DNA of 64,000 nt from Methyloligellaceae bacterium (GTDB lineage: Bacteria > Pseudomonadota > Alphaproteobacteria > Rhizobiales > CBDHHC01): NCBI GenBank assembly GCA_050633205.1, contig JBOEGA010000020.1:1387-65386 (forward strand), read 5' to 3'. This document shows positions 17,320-27,639 of this stretch, piece after piece (position 1 is the stretch's first letter; each line of letters opens with the position of its first letter). The translations under genes were made by a program, and so were the position numbers. The notes beneath the pieces were generated by a model. That model was not told where the DNA came from, made no database searches, and saw only the letters and a program-made list of their open reading frames with translations.

Positions 17320-19083
17320 ATGGGCGTAGCTAGTGCTGTTGAATTGACTGTTGATCAACTTCTTACCGATTATTCCAAAAAACGTAAAATAACAGATGAG
17401 AATAAGCCCACGCTTTTCTCCCTTTATGCAGTCGATAATGTCGTTTTATCCTGCGTAAGAAATGCCTATGACGTCTGGGATGTATTTGTTGATGGTCAGA
17501 ATGATACCGGTATTGATGGTGTCGCTGTTACACTAAATGACCAGTTGATAACAAGTATAGAACAGGCTGAGAAAATAATCTCGTCAGAGCGCGAGTGCCG
17601 CACAAAATTTGTTTTCATTCAGGCAACCATGGATCGTGAGTTCAAAAAGCAGAAAATGACTGCTTTTACTTATGGTGTCTGGAGTTTCTTTAAAAATGAA
17701 GATCTGGGGCCGCAGAATGACAGATTGTTAAAAGTCGTCCAGCTCAAGGACCAGATTCTGCAGATGATTGAGGAAAAGGGCTTTGGGCGTCCCGAGATTG
17801 AATTATATTATGTCTCCAATGGCCAGTGGACCGGAGATGAGGTACTGAAAGGTGCCATACGTGGATCAACGGACCTCGTCAACGAAAATAACAGGTTTCG
17901 CCGTGTAGAGTTTATTCCCCTTGATTTTCGTAATATTCTGGATATGCGCAGGACACTGGTCCGTCGTAATGAAGGAAAGTTGCATACCTATGGCTTAAGC
18001 GAGATGCCGGGGATGCCAGGGGTAAGAAAAGCATTTCTTGGTACAGTCATGGCGGAAGACCTGATTTCTCTTATCCGCCACCCCGTACTCAATCGTGTGG
18101 ACCGCAATGTCTTTCTGGAAAATGTTCGCGGATTTCAGGGGAAAGACAATTTTGTAAATGCAGGCATCAATGAAACTCTGAAGCGCCCTGACTCCAGCCT
18201 GTTTCCTCTTTTGAATAATGGTATTACCATTGTATGTCGTGGACACGAAGAGAGCGGACCCAGACTAAGCATCTTTGACTATCAGATTGTCAACGGCTGC
18301 CAGACGTCTACAATTCTGTTTGAGAACAGTGAAGCACTTGAGGGCCAGGATATTCTGGTACCTGCAAAGATTGTTGTTACCCGAAATGAAGATATTATCA
18401 GCCGTATTATTCGGGGAAGTAACAGTCAGACAACAGTTACAGATGAGCACATATTAAGCCTTCACCCTTTCAACAGAAGACTGGCAGAATATTATCGCGC
18501 TATCACCATAGGAAATGGTCGCGAACGGATATATTATGATATCAGGCAGGGGGAATTTGGCAGTAACCCTCAGCTGGATCCAACACGTATCATTACAATC
18601 AGAGAGCAGATACAGAACTTTGCTTCGATGTTTCTGCGTCGCCCATATGATGCAGTAGATCGCCTTAAAACTTTGCGCGATAGCATTCCTGATCATATTT
18701 TCAATCCTGACCATGCGCTGGATCCCTATTATACATCCTCTCTTGCAATGCACCGCTTTCATGCATTAAGGCGCGATAAACTCATAGAGCCTGAGTTCGA
18801 AAACTTCCGTTTCCAGTTGCTCTATATTCTCCGCCATATACTACTGCCCAGAGAGCTTAACCTGAGTAGCTGGCGGGCTGCACCTATCCTTTGCAATGAA
18901 ATGAATAACAAACTGTGCGACCCTGAAGCGTCTGCCAGATATTACCTGAAGGCATGCGAAATCATTAAAAATACAGCAAAAGAAGTTTTTCACGAAGATG
19001 CTTTACCAAGAGAGTTGGCAGCAAGACATTCCTTTACAGATGCTTTGCAGCAAAGACTGAAAAGTAAAAACTACGGGAGTTAA
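17320..19083 (+). CDS. AIPR-family (abortive-infection phage-resistance-like) protein
   Basis: The central signature LLNNGITIVCRG...FDYQIVNGCQTSTILFE matches the AIPR pattern I recall (NNGITI...IVNGxQT). The gene is flanked by AT-rich non-coding DNA. Confidence 0.65.
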   Translation: MGVASAVELTVDQLLTDYSKKRKITDENKPTLFSLYAVDNVVLSCVRNAYDVWDVFVDGQNDTGIDGVAVTLNDQLITSIEQAEKIISSERECRTKFVFIQATMDREFKKQKMTAFTYGVWSFFKNEDLGPQNDRLLKVVQLKDQILQMIEEKGFGRPEIELYYVSNGQWTGDEVLKGAIRGSTDLVNENNRFRRVEFIPLDFRNILDMRRTLVRRNEGKLHTYGLSEMPGMPGVRKAFLGTVMAEDLISLIRHPVLNRVDRNVFLENVRGFQGKDNFVNAGINETLKRPDSSLFPLLNNGITIVCRGHEESGPRLSIFDYQIVNGCQTSTILFENSEALEGQDILVPAKIVVTRNEDIISRIIRGSNSQTTVTDEHILSLHPFNRRLAEYYRAITIGNGRERIYYDIRQGEFGSNPQLDPTRIITIREQIQNFASMFLRRPYDAVDRLKTLRDSIPDHIFNPDHALDPYYTSSLAMHRFHALRRDKLIEPEFENFRFQLLYILRHILLPRELNLSSWRAAPILCNEMNNKLCDPEASARYYLKACEIIKNTAKEVFHEDALPRELAARHSFTDALQQRLKSKNYGS

Positions 19084-19134
19084 ACTGCACATTAGGGTCA
19101 GAGCCCTGGAAAGAAACCAGAAACGGATAAATAC

Positions 19135-20742
19135 ATGCATCCCAGAAACAACGCGGCGAGTGCACCTGTATTAAGTAAAAAAAAGGCCTTACAAAAATTA
19201 AGAAAAGCGAGACAATTAAAAACAGACAATATTGAAGCTGTTAAAATTTTTGAAGAAGTCCTGGATATTTATCCGGAACTCCCCGAAGCGGTCTCAGGTC
19301 TTGCTTTGATTTATGTGCATCAGGGACGGTTTGAAAAAGCTTATCCTCTTGTACAAAAGGCCGTTAAGCTTGCTCCTGAAGCTGGTCTTTCTTGGTATCT
19401 TATGGGCACCTGTCTTCACAGGCAGTATAAATGCGATGCTGCAATAGCTGCATTTGAAAGTGCAGAAAAAGTCGGTCATAAAACAGCAATACTATTTTCT
19501 GAGAAAGCAATGTGTCTGACAAAGCTCAACCGTTTTGAAGAAGCACAGATAACCATAGATCATGCACTGTTAACAGAACCCGGCTCTTCAAATGTTCTGC
19601 AGGTAAAAGCAGCAATACACGAAATGAAAGGGGAAGTTGATAAGGCTAAGGATTGCTATGAGCGCGTCTTGAAACAGCATCCGGGAGAGCCGACAATTCT
19701 GTTCCGTTTAAGTGATATGAAGCGTCTCTCTCAGGAGAATTTCGAGCAATGCGATATTGCACATGACATCTTTCAGAATAGGTCCCTGACACCTGAGCAA
19801 ATATCTCTACTATTGTTTGCACGTGCTAAAGAAGAAGAGCGTCGGGGAAATTATGATACTGCATTTTCTCTTTACGTACAGGCCAACAAACTAATTCATG
19901 AGGCATACCCCCTTAATCGGGATAATATTACTGCCAGAACCAACGTACATATCAGGGCATTCACCAGAGAATTATTCGAAAACTTCGCCCCCTTCGGTTC
20001 TAAAAGTAAAAAACCGGTATTTATAGTTGGAATGCCACGATCTGGCACGACACTGGTTGAGCAGATACTCTCTTCTCATCCTGACATAATTGCTGCTGGT
20101 GAAATTGAATGCATCGGCGGAATCGAAAAAAAACTTATGAAACTCTCCGGAGAAATGGGTAGTCCCTATCCATATAGCTTTTCTAAAATAGATCCGGGAA
20201 GTTTAAAAAACTTTGCAAGGCATTACACGCAATATGTTGCCCGGTATGTTTCCGAAAGTAGCAAACATATTACTGATAAAATGCCGACCAATTTCTTAAA
20301 CCTGGGACTCATTCATCTTATTTTTCCAAATGCAAAAATCATTCATATCAAAAGAAACCCTCTTGATACCGGTCTGTCCTGTTTTTTCAAAAAATTCCAC
20401 GACTCTGTAAACCTGTCCTTCGCTTTCAATCTCGAAGATATAGGCTTCTTTTATAATGAGTATGAAAGGTTGATGGCGCATTGGCAAAGCCTGATGCCTG
20501 AAGCCATTTTTGATGTGCAGTATGAAGATCTGGTAGAGAATCAGGAGAGTGTTGTACGTAACCTGCTCAAGCATCTGGAATTGGAATGGAATGACAATTG
20601 CCTGGAGTTCTATAACAATACCCGGGGAGTTACTACGGCGAGCATGCATCAGGTACGACAACCCATATATAAAAAGGCCATAGGTAACTGGCAGCGCTAT
20701 GAGAAACATCTGGGAGCGCTAATTGAAATTCTGGAGAAATAG
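19135..20742 (+). CDS. TPR-repeat sulfotransferase family protein
   Basis: The N-terminal half has TPR-like helices. The C-terminal half has the PAPS-binding loop PVFIVGMPRSGTTLVEQILSSHP and RNPLDTGLSCF. Confidence 0.85.
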   Translation: MHPRNNAASAPVLSKKKALQKLRKARQLKTDNIEAVKIFEEVLDIYPELPEAVSGLALIYVHQGRFEKAYPLVQKAVKLAPEAGLSWYLMGTCLHRQYKCDAAIAAFESAEKVGHKTAILFSEKAMCLTKLNRFEEAQITIDHALLTEPGSSNVLQVKAAIHEMKGEVDKAKDCYERVLKQHPGEPTILFRLSDMKRLSQENFEQCDIAHDIFQNRSLTPEQISLLLFARAKEEERRGNYDTAFSLYVQANKLIHEAYPLNRDNITARTNVHIRAFTRELFENFAPFGSKSKKPVFIVGMPRSGTTLVEQILSSHPDIIAAGEIECIGGIEKKLMKLSGEMGSPYPYSFSKIDPGSLKNFARHYTQYVARYVSESSKHITDKMPTNFLNLGLIHLIFPNAKIIHIKRNPLDTGLSCFFKKFHDSVNLSFAFNLEDIGFFYNEYERLMAHWQSLMPEAIFDVQYEDLVENQESVVRNLLKHLELEWNDNCLEFYNNTRGVTTASMHQVRQPIYKKAIGNWQRYEKHLGALIEILEK

Positions 20743-20829
20743 TCTTCCATATTTTTTGAATGATAATTTAAAATTAAAAGTAATTGTCGCATTATTGAAA
20801 CAAACAGTAACTACAAGAAAAGTAGCCAC

Positions 20830-20858
20830 AAAAAAACCCGGCATGATTAGCCGGGTTT
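20830..20858. terminator. Bidirectional intrinsic terminator (A7-CCCGGC-atgatta-GCCGGG-TTT)
   Basis: The GC stem is flanked by an A-run and a T-run, between the convergent stops at 20742(+) and 20900(-). The T7 run falls on the minus strand, which favours carD. Confidence 0.7.
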
Positions 20859-20899
20859 GAAAGTCTTGGAAGAGTATTAACCTTCGAAGAAGTGCAGAA

Positions 20900-21484
20900 C
20901 TAAGCTGCTTTTTCCTGTTCGGTTTCAGTTTGCTCTGTCTGCTCAAGGTCTGCCTTACGTGTTGTACGGGCAGTTTTTGAAAGTGTATCAGTTACTTTCT
21001 GAACAGCTATACCTTCCTCAATATTCTCAATAGCAGCAATTTCTCTTGCCATGCGGTCAAGAGCAGCTTCATAAAGCTGGCGCTCTGAGTAGGATTGCTC
21101 AGGCTGAGTTTCAGAACGATAAAGGTCACGAACAACTTCAGCGATAGAAACTAGGTCGCCAGAGTTGATCTTGGCCTCATATTCCTGAGCACGACGGCTC
21201 CACATCGTGCGTTTCACACGTGCTTTACCTTTTAGTGTTGTCATAGCTTTTTTGACAATGTCTTCTTCAGACAATTTGCGCATGCCTACGCTGTCAAAGT
21301 TGGATGTTGGTACGCGCAGAGTCATTTTATCCTGTTCGAAGTGGATTACGAACAGTTCCAGCTTAAGTCCAGCAATCTCTTCTTCCTCAATAGCCAGGAT
21401 TTTGCCTACGCCATGAGAAGGATATACGATGTATTCGCTGGTGCGAAAACCATTTCTTTGTTGAGCTTTTTTCTTAGCAGCCAT
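20900..21484 (-). CDS. carD: CarD/CdnL family RNA-polymerase-binding transcription factor
   Basis: The motif is YIVYPSHGVGKILAIEEEEIAGLKLELFVIHF..KMTLRVP. The gene is adjacent to fdxA, as is common in alphaproteobacteria. Confidence 0.9.
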   Translation of the reverse strand: MAAKKKAQQRNGFRTSEYIVYPSHGVGKILAIEEEEIAGLKLELFVIHFEQDKMTLRVPTSNFDSVGMRKLSEEDIVKKAMTTLKGKARVKRTMWSRRAQEYEAKINSGDLVSIAEVVRDLYRSETQPEQSYSERQLYEAALDRMAREIAAIENIEEGIAVQKVTDTLSKTARTTRKADLEQTEQTETEQEKAA

Positions 21485-21770
21485 ACTCTTGTCCCAAATT
21501 TAGTTCATTTAAGGCGATGCAATCTGTATACTGGGACTCTTTGCCGCAGAGAGTCTCAATAGCGCGTCACTATCGCGGGTCAATGGATAGATCACCCGGA
21601 GGGCAATCATGCGGGAAGGAATATTTATTCCCCTACCGCCCCTAAAGTATCGTCTAGTTGCGTCTATACGCGATGAACTGTTATAGTTCTAACGCGGCAC
21701 GAACACGTAGCAATCGTAGCAAAAAACAGACCAGTTATTATTGGTCGCGAAAATGCGTGTCACTAAAGCG

Positions 21771-21804
21771 AAAAAAAGCCACCTTATGTAATCATAAGGA
21801 CGGC
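21771..21804 (-). terminator. Intrinsic terminator on the minus strand (GCCGTCCTTATG-ATTA-CATAAGGTGGC followed by T7)
   Basis: Read on the minus strand. It lies ~220 nt downstream of the fdxA stop. Confidence 0.65.
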
Positions 21805-22024
21805 TGTTACTTCAACATTTCGTTCATACATGTGCCACTGAAGGACAGAAGGTAACATAAAATTTGCTTTTTAGAAAGTAGATAATATGTGAATTTTGCC
21901 TATGTGTATTAAATTGTCCACGCTTTTAGGTGGTAGGGTTAACAACCCAACCACTAAAAAATGCATTATATATCAAATATATCCGACATAAGAGCGAATC
22001 GCTGGCATCTCTTCAGGAGATTAA

Positions 22025-22363
22025 TCAGTCGCCGGTGCCTGGCTTCTCAGAGAAATATTTCTCGAGTTTGCCTTCTTCTTTACCGTACTTCTCATGTTCC
22101 GGGTCTGGATCTTTCCGGACCGTAATATTAGGCCAGACTTCAGCATATTTCTTATTAAGCTCAATCCAGCTTTCAAGGCCGGGCTCTGTATCAGCTTTAA
22201 TCGCTTCAATAGGGCACTCAGGCTCACACACACCACAATCGATACATCCATCAGGGTCGATAACCAGCATATTCTCACCCTCGTAGAAGCAGTCTACAGG
22301 GCATACCTCCACACAGTCGGTATATTTACATTTGATGCAGGCATCCAAGACAACGTATGTCAT
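22025..22363 (-). CDS. fdxA: 7Fe ferredoxin (3Fe-4S plus 4Fe-4S), FdxA type
   Basis: The sequence is [29 protein letters not shown]...[12 protein letters not shown]. Confidence 0.95.
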   Translation of the reverse strand: MTYVVLDACIKCKYTDCVEVCPVDCFYEGENMLVIDPDGCIDCGVCEPECPIEAIKADTEPGLESWIELNKKYAEVWPNITVRKDPDPEHEKYGKEEGKLEKYFSEKPGTGD

Positions 22364-22574
22364 ATCCCATTCTCCACGCCCGGCATTCCGGCCGCATTCT
22401 TTACTTAACGGTGTTGGTGATCTTTAGAATTTATGCAATCCGATGATTACAACATATACTCAAGGCGTATTCCCTATAATATAACGCTAAAAAGTACAAG
22501 TAGGGCGCAGCACAAAAAGAGACATGTAATATGTAGCATTTAGAGAGAAGGGCTACATAATAAAGCCGATCTAT

Positions 22575-22617
22575 GAAATATTATTCCTGAAATTGTCTTT
22601 ATCAGAAATAATATTTC
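22575..22617 (-). other. AT-rich hairpin (11-bp perfect arms GAAATATTATT/AATAATATTTC plus a 4-bp extension) downstream of the 239-aa gene
   Basis: Read directly from the sequence. It could be a terminator or an operator upstream of fdxA. Confidence 0.3.
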
Positions 22618-22690
22618 TCAATATCATGTTCGCTGTCCGAATATGGCATTTTTTAGCTTTAATGAACTTAAATGCGACAAGACGTCTTGA

Positions 22691-23410
22691 TTAGGGGCGA
22701 TCGCCAAGTTCTGTATATATTCTGGCAAATGGCTCACCCTTTTTTACTCTTTCTATCAGTTCATTAACCCCGGCCTGACCAGCCTTGTCGAACCAGTTTT
22801 TTACAACCCTGTATGAAGGAGCATAAACTTTTTTGCCTTCCGCAATAGCATTTTGCCATTGAATACGGGATTTCAGCGCCTGAACATTCAGTTCTGTCAT
22901 CTCGCCATCTTTAGGCTCTCCTGTATAACGGGCATCCTTTGAAACCAGTACAGCAAGCCCTTCATCAAACCAGGCGGGAATAGCGCTGCTGGCACGAGAT
23001 CCCCCTACCTTAAGTTTAAGCTCCAGGTGACTGAGCGAGTGTCCCATGGCGGAAACATTAAGGCTGCGCGGAGAAAAGTTGATCGCAGTCTGCGCCAGCA
23101 CCTGCCATCTTTCCTTGCCGCCTCCGAGGCTCCTGAACTTTAATTCATCATTACACGCAAATATAATAGGTTTACTCTGAATAGGCCCCAGAACGGCAGA
23201 TACTCGTATTTGCGCAATATCGTAGTTTTCAACTATTTCCTTACGTTTCTGCCTGGAAACACCTGTCTGGATGTAAAAATTGTCAGAAACTTTTTCAAAA
23301 CCAAAGCAGCCTGGGCAGATAAGAGCTGGATATATGGGGAATAAGTAACAAAAGACGCTCAATGTAAGCACAACAAGTACTGCCAGAGCGGTAAGGATAC
23401 GGTATCGCAT
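22691..23410 (-). CDS. Membrane-anchored hypothetical protein with a degenerate MA-clan metallopeptidase-like motif
   Basis: It has an N-terminal TM helix (ILTALAVLVVLTLSVFCYLF). HSLSH...WFDEGLA resembles HExxH...EGxA, but a Ser replaces the catalytic Glu. Confidence 0.55.
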   Translation of the reverse strand: MRYRILTALAVLVVLTLSVFCYLFPIYPALICPGCFGFEKVSDNFYIQTGVSRQKRKEIVENYDIAQIRVSAVLGPIQSKPIIFACNDELKFRSLGGGKERWQVLAQTAINFSPRSLNVSAMGHSLSHLELKLKVGGSRASSAIPAWFDEGLAVLVSKDARYTGEPKDGEMTELNVQALKSRIQWQNAIAEGKKVYAPSYRVVKNWFDKAGQAGVNELIERVKKGEPFARIYTELGDRP

Positions 23411-23605
23411 AGCTTCGTAACACTTTAATTTTAAATGTGAATCACCTTTTTACGATTCTTATGTGAAAATCACACTTTGGTCAGCCATTTTTGTAGCGGA
23501 AACAGGAAACTTCGTGTTTAATGGCGCCAACCGTTACATTTTAGTACCTACACAAGGACATCAATCTTCTTGACGTCCCTTTAAAGCCTGCTAAACACCC
23601 AGAAC

Positions 23606-25423
23606 ATGAGCACAGAAAAAGATACACCATTAGAGCTGATACGTAATTTCTCCATTGTCGCGCATATTGACCATGGAAAATCAACGCTGGCTGACAGACT
23701 GATACAATATTGCGGAGGCCTCACACAGCGTGAGATGACCGAGCAGGTCCTGGACTCGATGGATATCGAGCGGGAACGTGGAATCACCATTAAGGCACAG
23801 ACTGTCTGCCTGAATTACGCAGCCGATGACGGAAATACATACCAGCTTAACCTGATGGACACGCCTGGTCACGTCGATTTCGCATATGAAGTCAGTCGTT
23901 CCCTTGCAGCTTGTGAAGGGTCTATTCTCATTGTCGACGCTTCACAGGGCGTTGAGGCTCAGACTCTTGCTAACGTGTATCAGGCACTCGATAACAACCA
24001 TGAGTTGGTGCCTGTGCTCAATAAAATTGACTTGCCAGCCGCTGAGCCGGATCGTGTAAGAGCGCAAATTGAAGATGTTATTGGTCTGGATGCCTCTGAT
24101 GCTGTGGAAGCATCTGCCAAAACCGGTATTGGCATCAAGGAAGTCCTCGAAGCAATCGTAACACGTTTGCCCCACCCAAAAGGAGATCCGGACAAGCCTC
24201 TGAAGGCCATGCTGGTTGATAGCTGGTATGACCCATATCTCGGTGTTGTTGTGCTTGTCCGCATTATTGATGGTCACCTGCGTAAAGGTCAGAAAATTAA
24301 GCTCATGTCTACAGGGGCAGTATATCCCGTGGATCGTGTAGGTGTATTCCGCCCTAAACAGGACCTTACTAATATACTGGGGCCAGGTGAAGTCGGTTTC
24401 TTTACAGCCGCAATCAAGGAAGTTGCAGATACTCGTGTTGGCGATACCGTAACTGAAGATAAGCGCCCCTGTACTGAAATTCTTGAGGGCTTCAAGGAAG
24501 CTCAGCCGGTTGTATTCTGTGGCCTGTTCCCGATAGACGCATCTGATTTTGAGAACCTGCGTGATTCCATGGGAAGGCTTCGGCTGAACGATGCCAGCTT
24601 CCAGTATGAGATGGAAACATCTGCAGCACTTGGTTTTGGTTTCCGTTGTGGTTTCCTGGGACTGTTGCATCTTGAAATTATCCGCGAACGTCTGGAACGC
24701 GAATTCAAAATTGACCTGATTACAACTGCTCCAAGCGTTGTCTACCATGTTTACATGACTGACGGCACAATGATTGAATTGCACAACCCGGCAGATATGC
24801 CTGAACCAGTACGTGTTGAGCGTATCGAAGAGCCCTGGATCACTGCGACAATTCTTGTTCCGGATGAATATCTGGGCGCTGTATTGAAGCTTTGCGAAGA
24901 TCGTCGCGGCCGTCAGAAAGAACTGACCTACGCTGGCAGCCGTGCAATGGTAATCTATGAATTGCCGCTCAACGAGGTCGTCTTCGATTTCTATGACCGT
25001 CTTAAGTCTGTTACCAGAGGTTACGCTTCATTCGATTATCAGATGATTGGATATGAAACAAACAATCTGGTGAAGATGTCTGTGCTTGTGAACGCAGAAC
25101 CTGTTGATGCATTATCAATGATGGTGCACCGGGATCGTGCTGAAGCACGGGGCAGGGCAATGTGCGAAAAGCTGAAAGAGCTTATTCCTCGTCACCTCTT
25201 TAAGATACCGATTCAGGCAGCTATTGGTGGTAAGGTAATCGCAAGGGAAACGCTTTCCGCAATGCGCAAGGATGTGACCGCAAAATGTTATGGTGGTGAC
25301 ATTACCCGTAAGCGTAAGCTTCTCGAGAAGCAGAAAGAGGGTAAAAAGAAAATGCGCCAGTTCGGTCGCGTGGAAATCCCTCAGGAAGCATTTATTGCTG
25401 CACTTAAAATGGATGATAACTAG
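23606..25423 (+). CDS. lepA: Translation elongation factor 4 (LepA)
   Basis: Motifs are [33 protein letters not shown] and the C-terminal LepA region. Confidence 0.97.
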   Translation: MSTEKDTPLELIRNFSIVAHIDHGKSTLADRLIQYCGGLTQREMTEQVLDSMDIERERGITIKAQTVCLNYAADDGNTYQLNLMDTPGHVDFAYEVSRSLAACEGSILIVDASQGVEAQTLANVYQALDNNHELVPVLNKIDLPAAEPDRVRAQIEDVIGLDASDAVEASAKTGIGIKEVLEAIVTRLPHPKGDPDKPLKAMLVDSWYDPYLGVVVLVRIIDGHLRKGQKIKLMSTGAVYPVDRVGVFRPKQDLTNILGPGEVGFFTAAIKEVADTRVGDTVTEDKRPCTEILEGFKEAQPVVFCGLFPIDASDFENLRDSMGRLRLNDASFQYEMETSAALGFGFRCGFLGLLHLEIIRERLEREFKIDLITTAPSVVYHVYMTDGTMIELHNPADMPEPVRVERIEEPWITATILVPDEYLGAVLKLCEDRRGRQKELTYAGSRAMVIYELPLNEVVFDFYDRLKSVTRGYASFDYQMIGYETNNLVKMSVLVNAEPVDALSMMVHRDRAEARGRAMCEKLKELIPRHLFKIPIQAAIGGKVIARETLSAMRKDVTAKCYGGDITRKRKLLEKQKEGKKKMRQFGRVEIPQEAFIAALKMDDN

Positions 25424-25658
25424 AGTCAGGCCAGTTAATCTCCTGACCAGGTTCACTGAACTCTGTTCTGCCCGATAGAATAAGATTGCAATACAATCTT
25501 TATGCATATGCTGCTTCATTGGGCAGAGCTTGGTTACCTGCATGACTAGGTAGGGGAGCCGGTTTCTATTTCAAAAAAACAGATAATCAAGTAAAAACAA
25601 AGCAATACTATTGCAAAGTGATAGCTGGCATAGAACTTGAAATATAGTTAACGCAATG

Positions 25659-25745
25659 CCCTGACTGACCTGTTCTGAATGTCTGCCGGACTCATTCCTC
25701 TGTCTGCTATGCGTGACCAGAGTTACAGAACAGATCAGGTCAGGG
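25659..25745. repeat. Long imperfect inverted repeat (19-20-nt arms, 48-nt spacer) upstream of the globin gene
   Basis: CCCTGACTGACCTGTTCTG (25659-25677) pairs with CAGAACAGATCAGGTCAGGG (25726-25745). Confidence 0.4.
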
Positions 25746-25942
25746 CGCCCAGAATTAAGCACTCCCGATCAGGAGTTGTCCCTTCTCTGTTTCTCCGCTT
25801 TTGCAGCAACACCACAGTGTTTATTAATTCTTCTCTGCTATCAATCTACAAAAATAACATCGGTTACGATGAGACCTGTACAGGTTTGCACAGCAAGGGG
25901 CTTCAATAACTGGCGGATTAAGTTTGAGTTAAGGAATTACAT

Positions 25943-26356
25943 ATGACCCCTGAGCAGATACAGCTTGTACAAGATAGTTTTAAGAAGGTAGAGCCCATTG
26001 CAATGAAGGCCGCAGATCTGTTCTACGGCAGGCTTTTCGAAATTGCCCCCGAGGTTCGTTCTCTCTTTCCGGAAGAGCTGAGTGAGCAGAAAGGTAAGCT
26101 TATGAGTATGCTTGCTACTGCAGTCAGAAACCTTCATCAGGTGGAACAGATTGTTCCGGCAGTACAGGAACTGGGAAGGCGCCACGTTGGTTATAATGTC
26201 ACAAGCGAACATTATAAATCTGTTGGTGCTGCATTAATCTGGACATTGGAGCAGGGGCTTGGAGACAGTTTTACTCCGGATGTGCGGGATGCATGGCTGG
26301 AAACCTATGGAACTCTGGCAGGGGTAATGACTCAGGCAGCAGCAGAGGCAGCCTGA
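25943..26356 (+). CDS. Single-domain globin (sensor-globin/protoglobin-like)
   Basis: The 137-aa protein has the pattern QIQLVQDSFKKVEP...ADLFYGRLFEIAPEVRSLF...LGRRHVGYNV..EHY. Confidence 0.8.
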   Translation: MTPEQIQLVQDSFKKVEPIAMKAADLFYGRLFEIAPEVRSLFPEELSEQKGKLMSMLATAVRNLHQVEQIVPAVQELGRRHVGYNVTSEHYKSVGAALIWTLEQGLGDSFTPDVRDAWLETYGTLAGVMTQAAAEAA

Positions 26357-26367
26357 GTATAAAAGAA

Positions 26368-27525
26368 TTACTTCCGCTTTCTCCTCTTTTTAGGAGGAGC
26401 TTTTGAAGGAGGCGGGGCTACAGGAGTTGTAGCTATCGTCTTCTTTATAAGATCATAGAGATCCTGTCCGGGAATCCCTTTAGCCTGCATGCTCTTAATC
26501 CATTCATCTCTGGTTGGATTTGCTGCTTTTCTCACAAAGTCGGCAAGATCTTCTTCAGGAAAGACAACTTTTTCAATCTTGTTCTTTTTCAGAACTGCTT
26601 CAAATTTTTTGTTTTGAATGAACTTGTATTTTTTTAGATAATGGGTCAGTGCCGGAGTAACTGAGTCCAGAAGAATTTTTTTATGTTCTTCAGACAGTTT
26701 CCCAAAAGCATCTTTATTGATTACAACCGGACAGTTGATTGTTCCTGGGTTCAGGTTGCTGGTCCACCATTTGGCTTCTTTCAGGGTGCCATAAAACAAA
26801 TGAGCATGTTCAGCAAATGCTGCAGATGTTACAACTCCTGTTTTAATTGAATTTGTAACCTGTGTTGGTTCCAGGGGTTTTGCAGTTGCTCCAAGTGCTT
26901 TAAATGCTTTGGCAATTCCCCCGGTAGCACGTATATCAGCATTTCTGAAGTCAAGAATACGCTTTATCGGTTTGCCAACGCCTGCAATATTATATTGAGG
27001 TAATGGGCTGGGCATCAGGAGCAGTGCATTCCAGCGGGCAAGATCTCTTTTGACTGACGGGTGATCATAGACAGCCTGTGATACTCTGATTTCCTGTTCA
27101 AGAGTGCTGACACCCAGAAATGGAAGCTCAAGAACATTCAGGGTCGGAATTTTATCGCGGTGATATCCCACGCAGAATTGCGCCATCTCAAAAGCACCGA
27201 TAGAAATACCATCCAGATTCTCTTTGCTTTTGGAAAGTTTTTCATCGTAATGCAGCTTAATTTTAAAGGTGCCTTTGGTTTTCTTGCTGACCAGCTTTGA
27301 GAGCATTTCAATATGCTCTGTAAAAACGCGTGGCTTTCCCCAAAGTGATACGTTCCATTCAACTGCCGCCATTGACTCAACAGATGTCAAAGTTAAAGCC
27401 GTTAAAGCAAGTGCGATAGTTTTGAATTTTAGGCGCATATGTTCCTCCCATATCACCCGGATTTTTACATACAACAAATCTCTATACTGAATAATGTGCT
27501 TAATGTGGCAGTATCCTGCATTCAT
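26368..27525 (-). CDS. dctP: TRAP-transporter solute-binding protein (DctP family) with a Pro/Lys/Arg-rich C-terminal tail
   Basis: The likely start is ATG 27438 (MRLKFKTIALALTALTL, a signal peptide), preceded by GGAGGAA. The body is DctP-like. The tail reads TPVAPPPSKAPPKKRRKRK. Confidence 0.75.
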   Translation of the reverse strand: MNAGYCHIKHIIQYRDLLYVKIRVIWEEHMRLKFKTIALALTALTLTSVESMAAVEWNVSLWGKPRVFTEHIEMLSKLVSKKTKGTFKIKLHYDEKLSKSKENLDGISIGAFEMAQFCVGYHRDKIPTLNVLELPFLGVSTLEQEIRVSQAVYDHPSVKRDLARWNALLLMPSPLPQYNIAGVGKPIKRILDFRNADIRATGGIAKAFKALGATAKPLEPTQVTNSIKTGVVTSAAFAEHAHLFYGTLKEAKWWTSNLNPGTINCPVVINKDAFGKLSEEHKKILLDSVTPALTHYLKKYKFIQNKKFEAVLKKNKIEKVVFPEEDLADFVRKAANPTRDEWIKSMQAKGIPGQDLYDLIKKTIATTPVAPPPSKAPPKKRRKRK

Positions 27526-27639
27526 TCAGGTTATTTATCAAGAGTATGAAGTTGAGCATGGGGTATGAATATGAATGTTAAGTGTAAAATATAACCTAAT
27601 TACAATAAGTTAATAACATTTTCACGACATTTCATTTTA

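Noticed and set aside
21930-21957. Hairpin GGTGGTAGGGTT-AAC-AACCCAACCACT considered as the fdxA terminator
   Set aside because: The T-run precedes the stem and the A-run follows it on the minus strand (the reverse holds on the + strand). It therefore does not fit an intrinsic terminator in either direction. I kept it only as part of the fdxA 3'-region finding.
23942-24784. 280-aa minus-strand ORF inside lepA, plus other antisense ORFs at 23980..24264, 24289..24495 and 24502..24708
   Set aside because: They lie fully within the unambiguous lepA coding region and are shadow ORFs without motifs.
27506-27520. Sigma-54-like TGGCAGTATCCTGCA between dctD and dctP
   Set aside because: It is on the + strand, so it points away from dctP. 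It also has the same one-nucleotide-short spacing. No correctly oriented -24/-12 element was found by eye.
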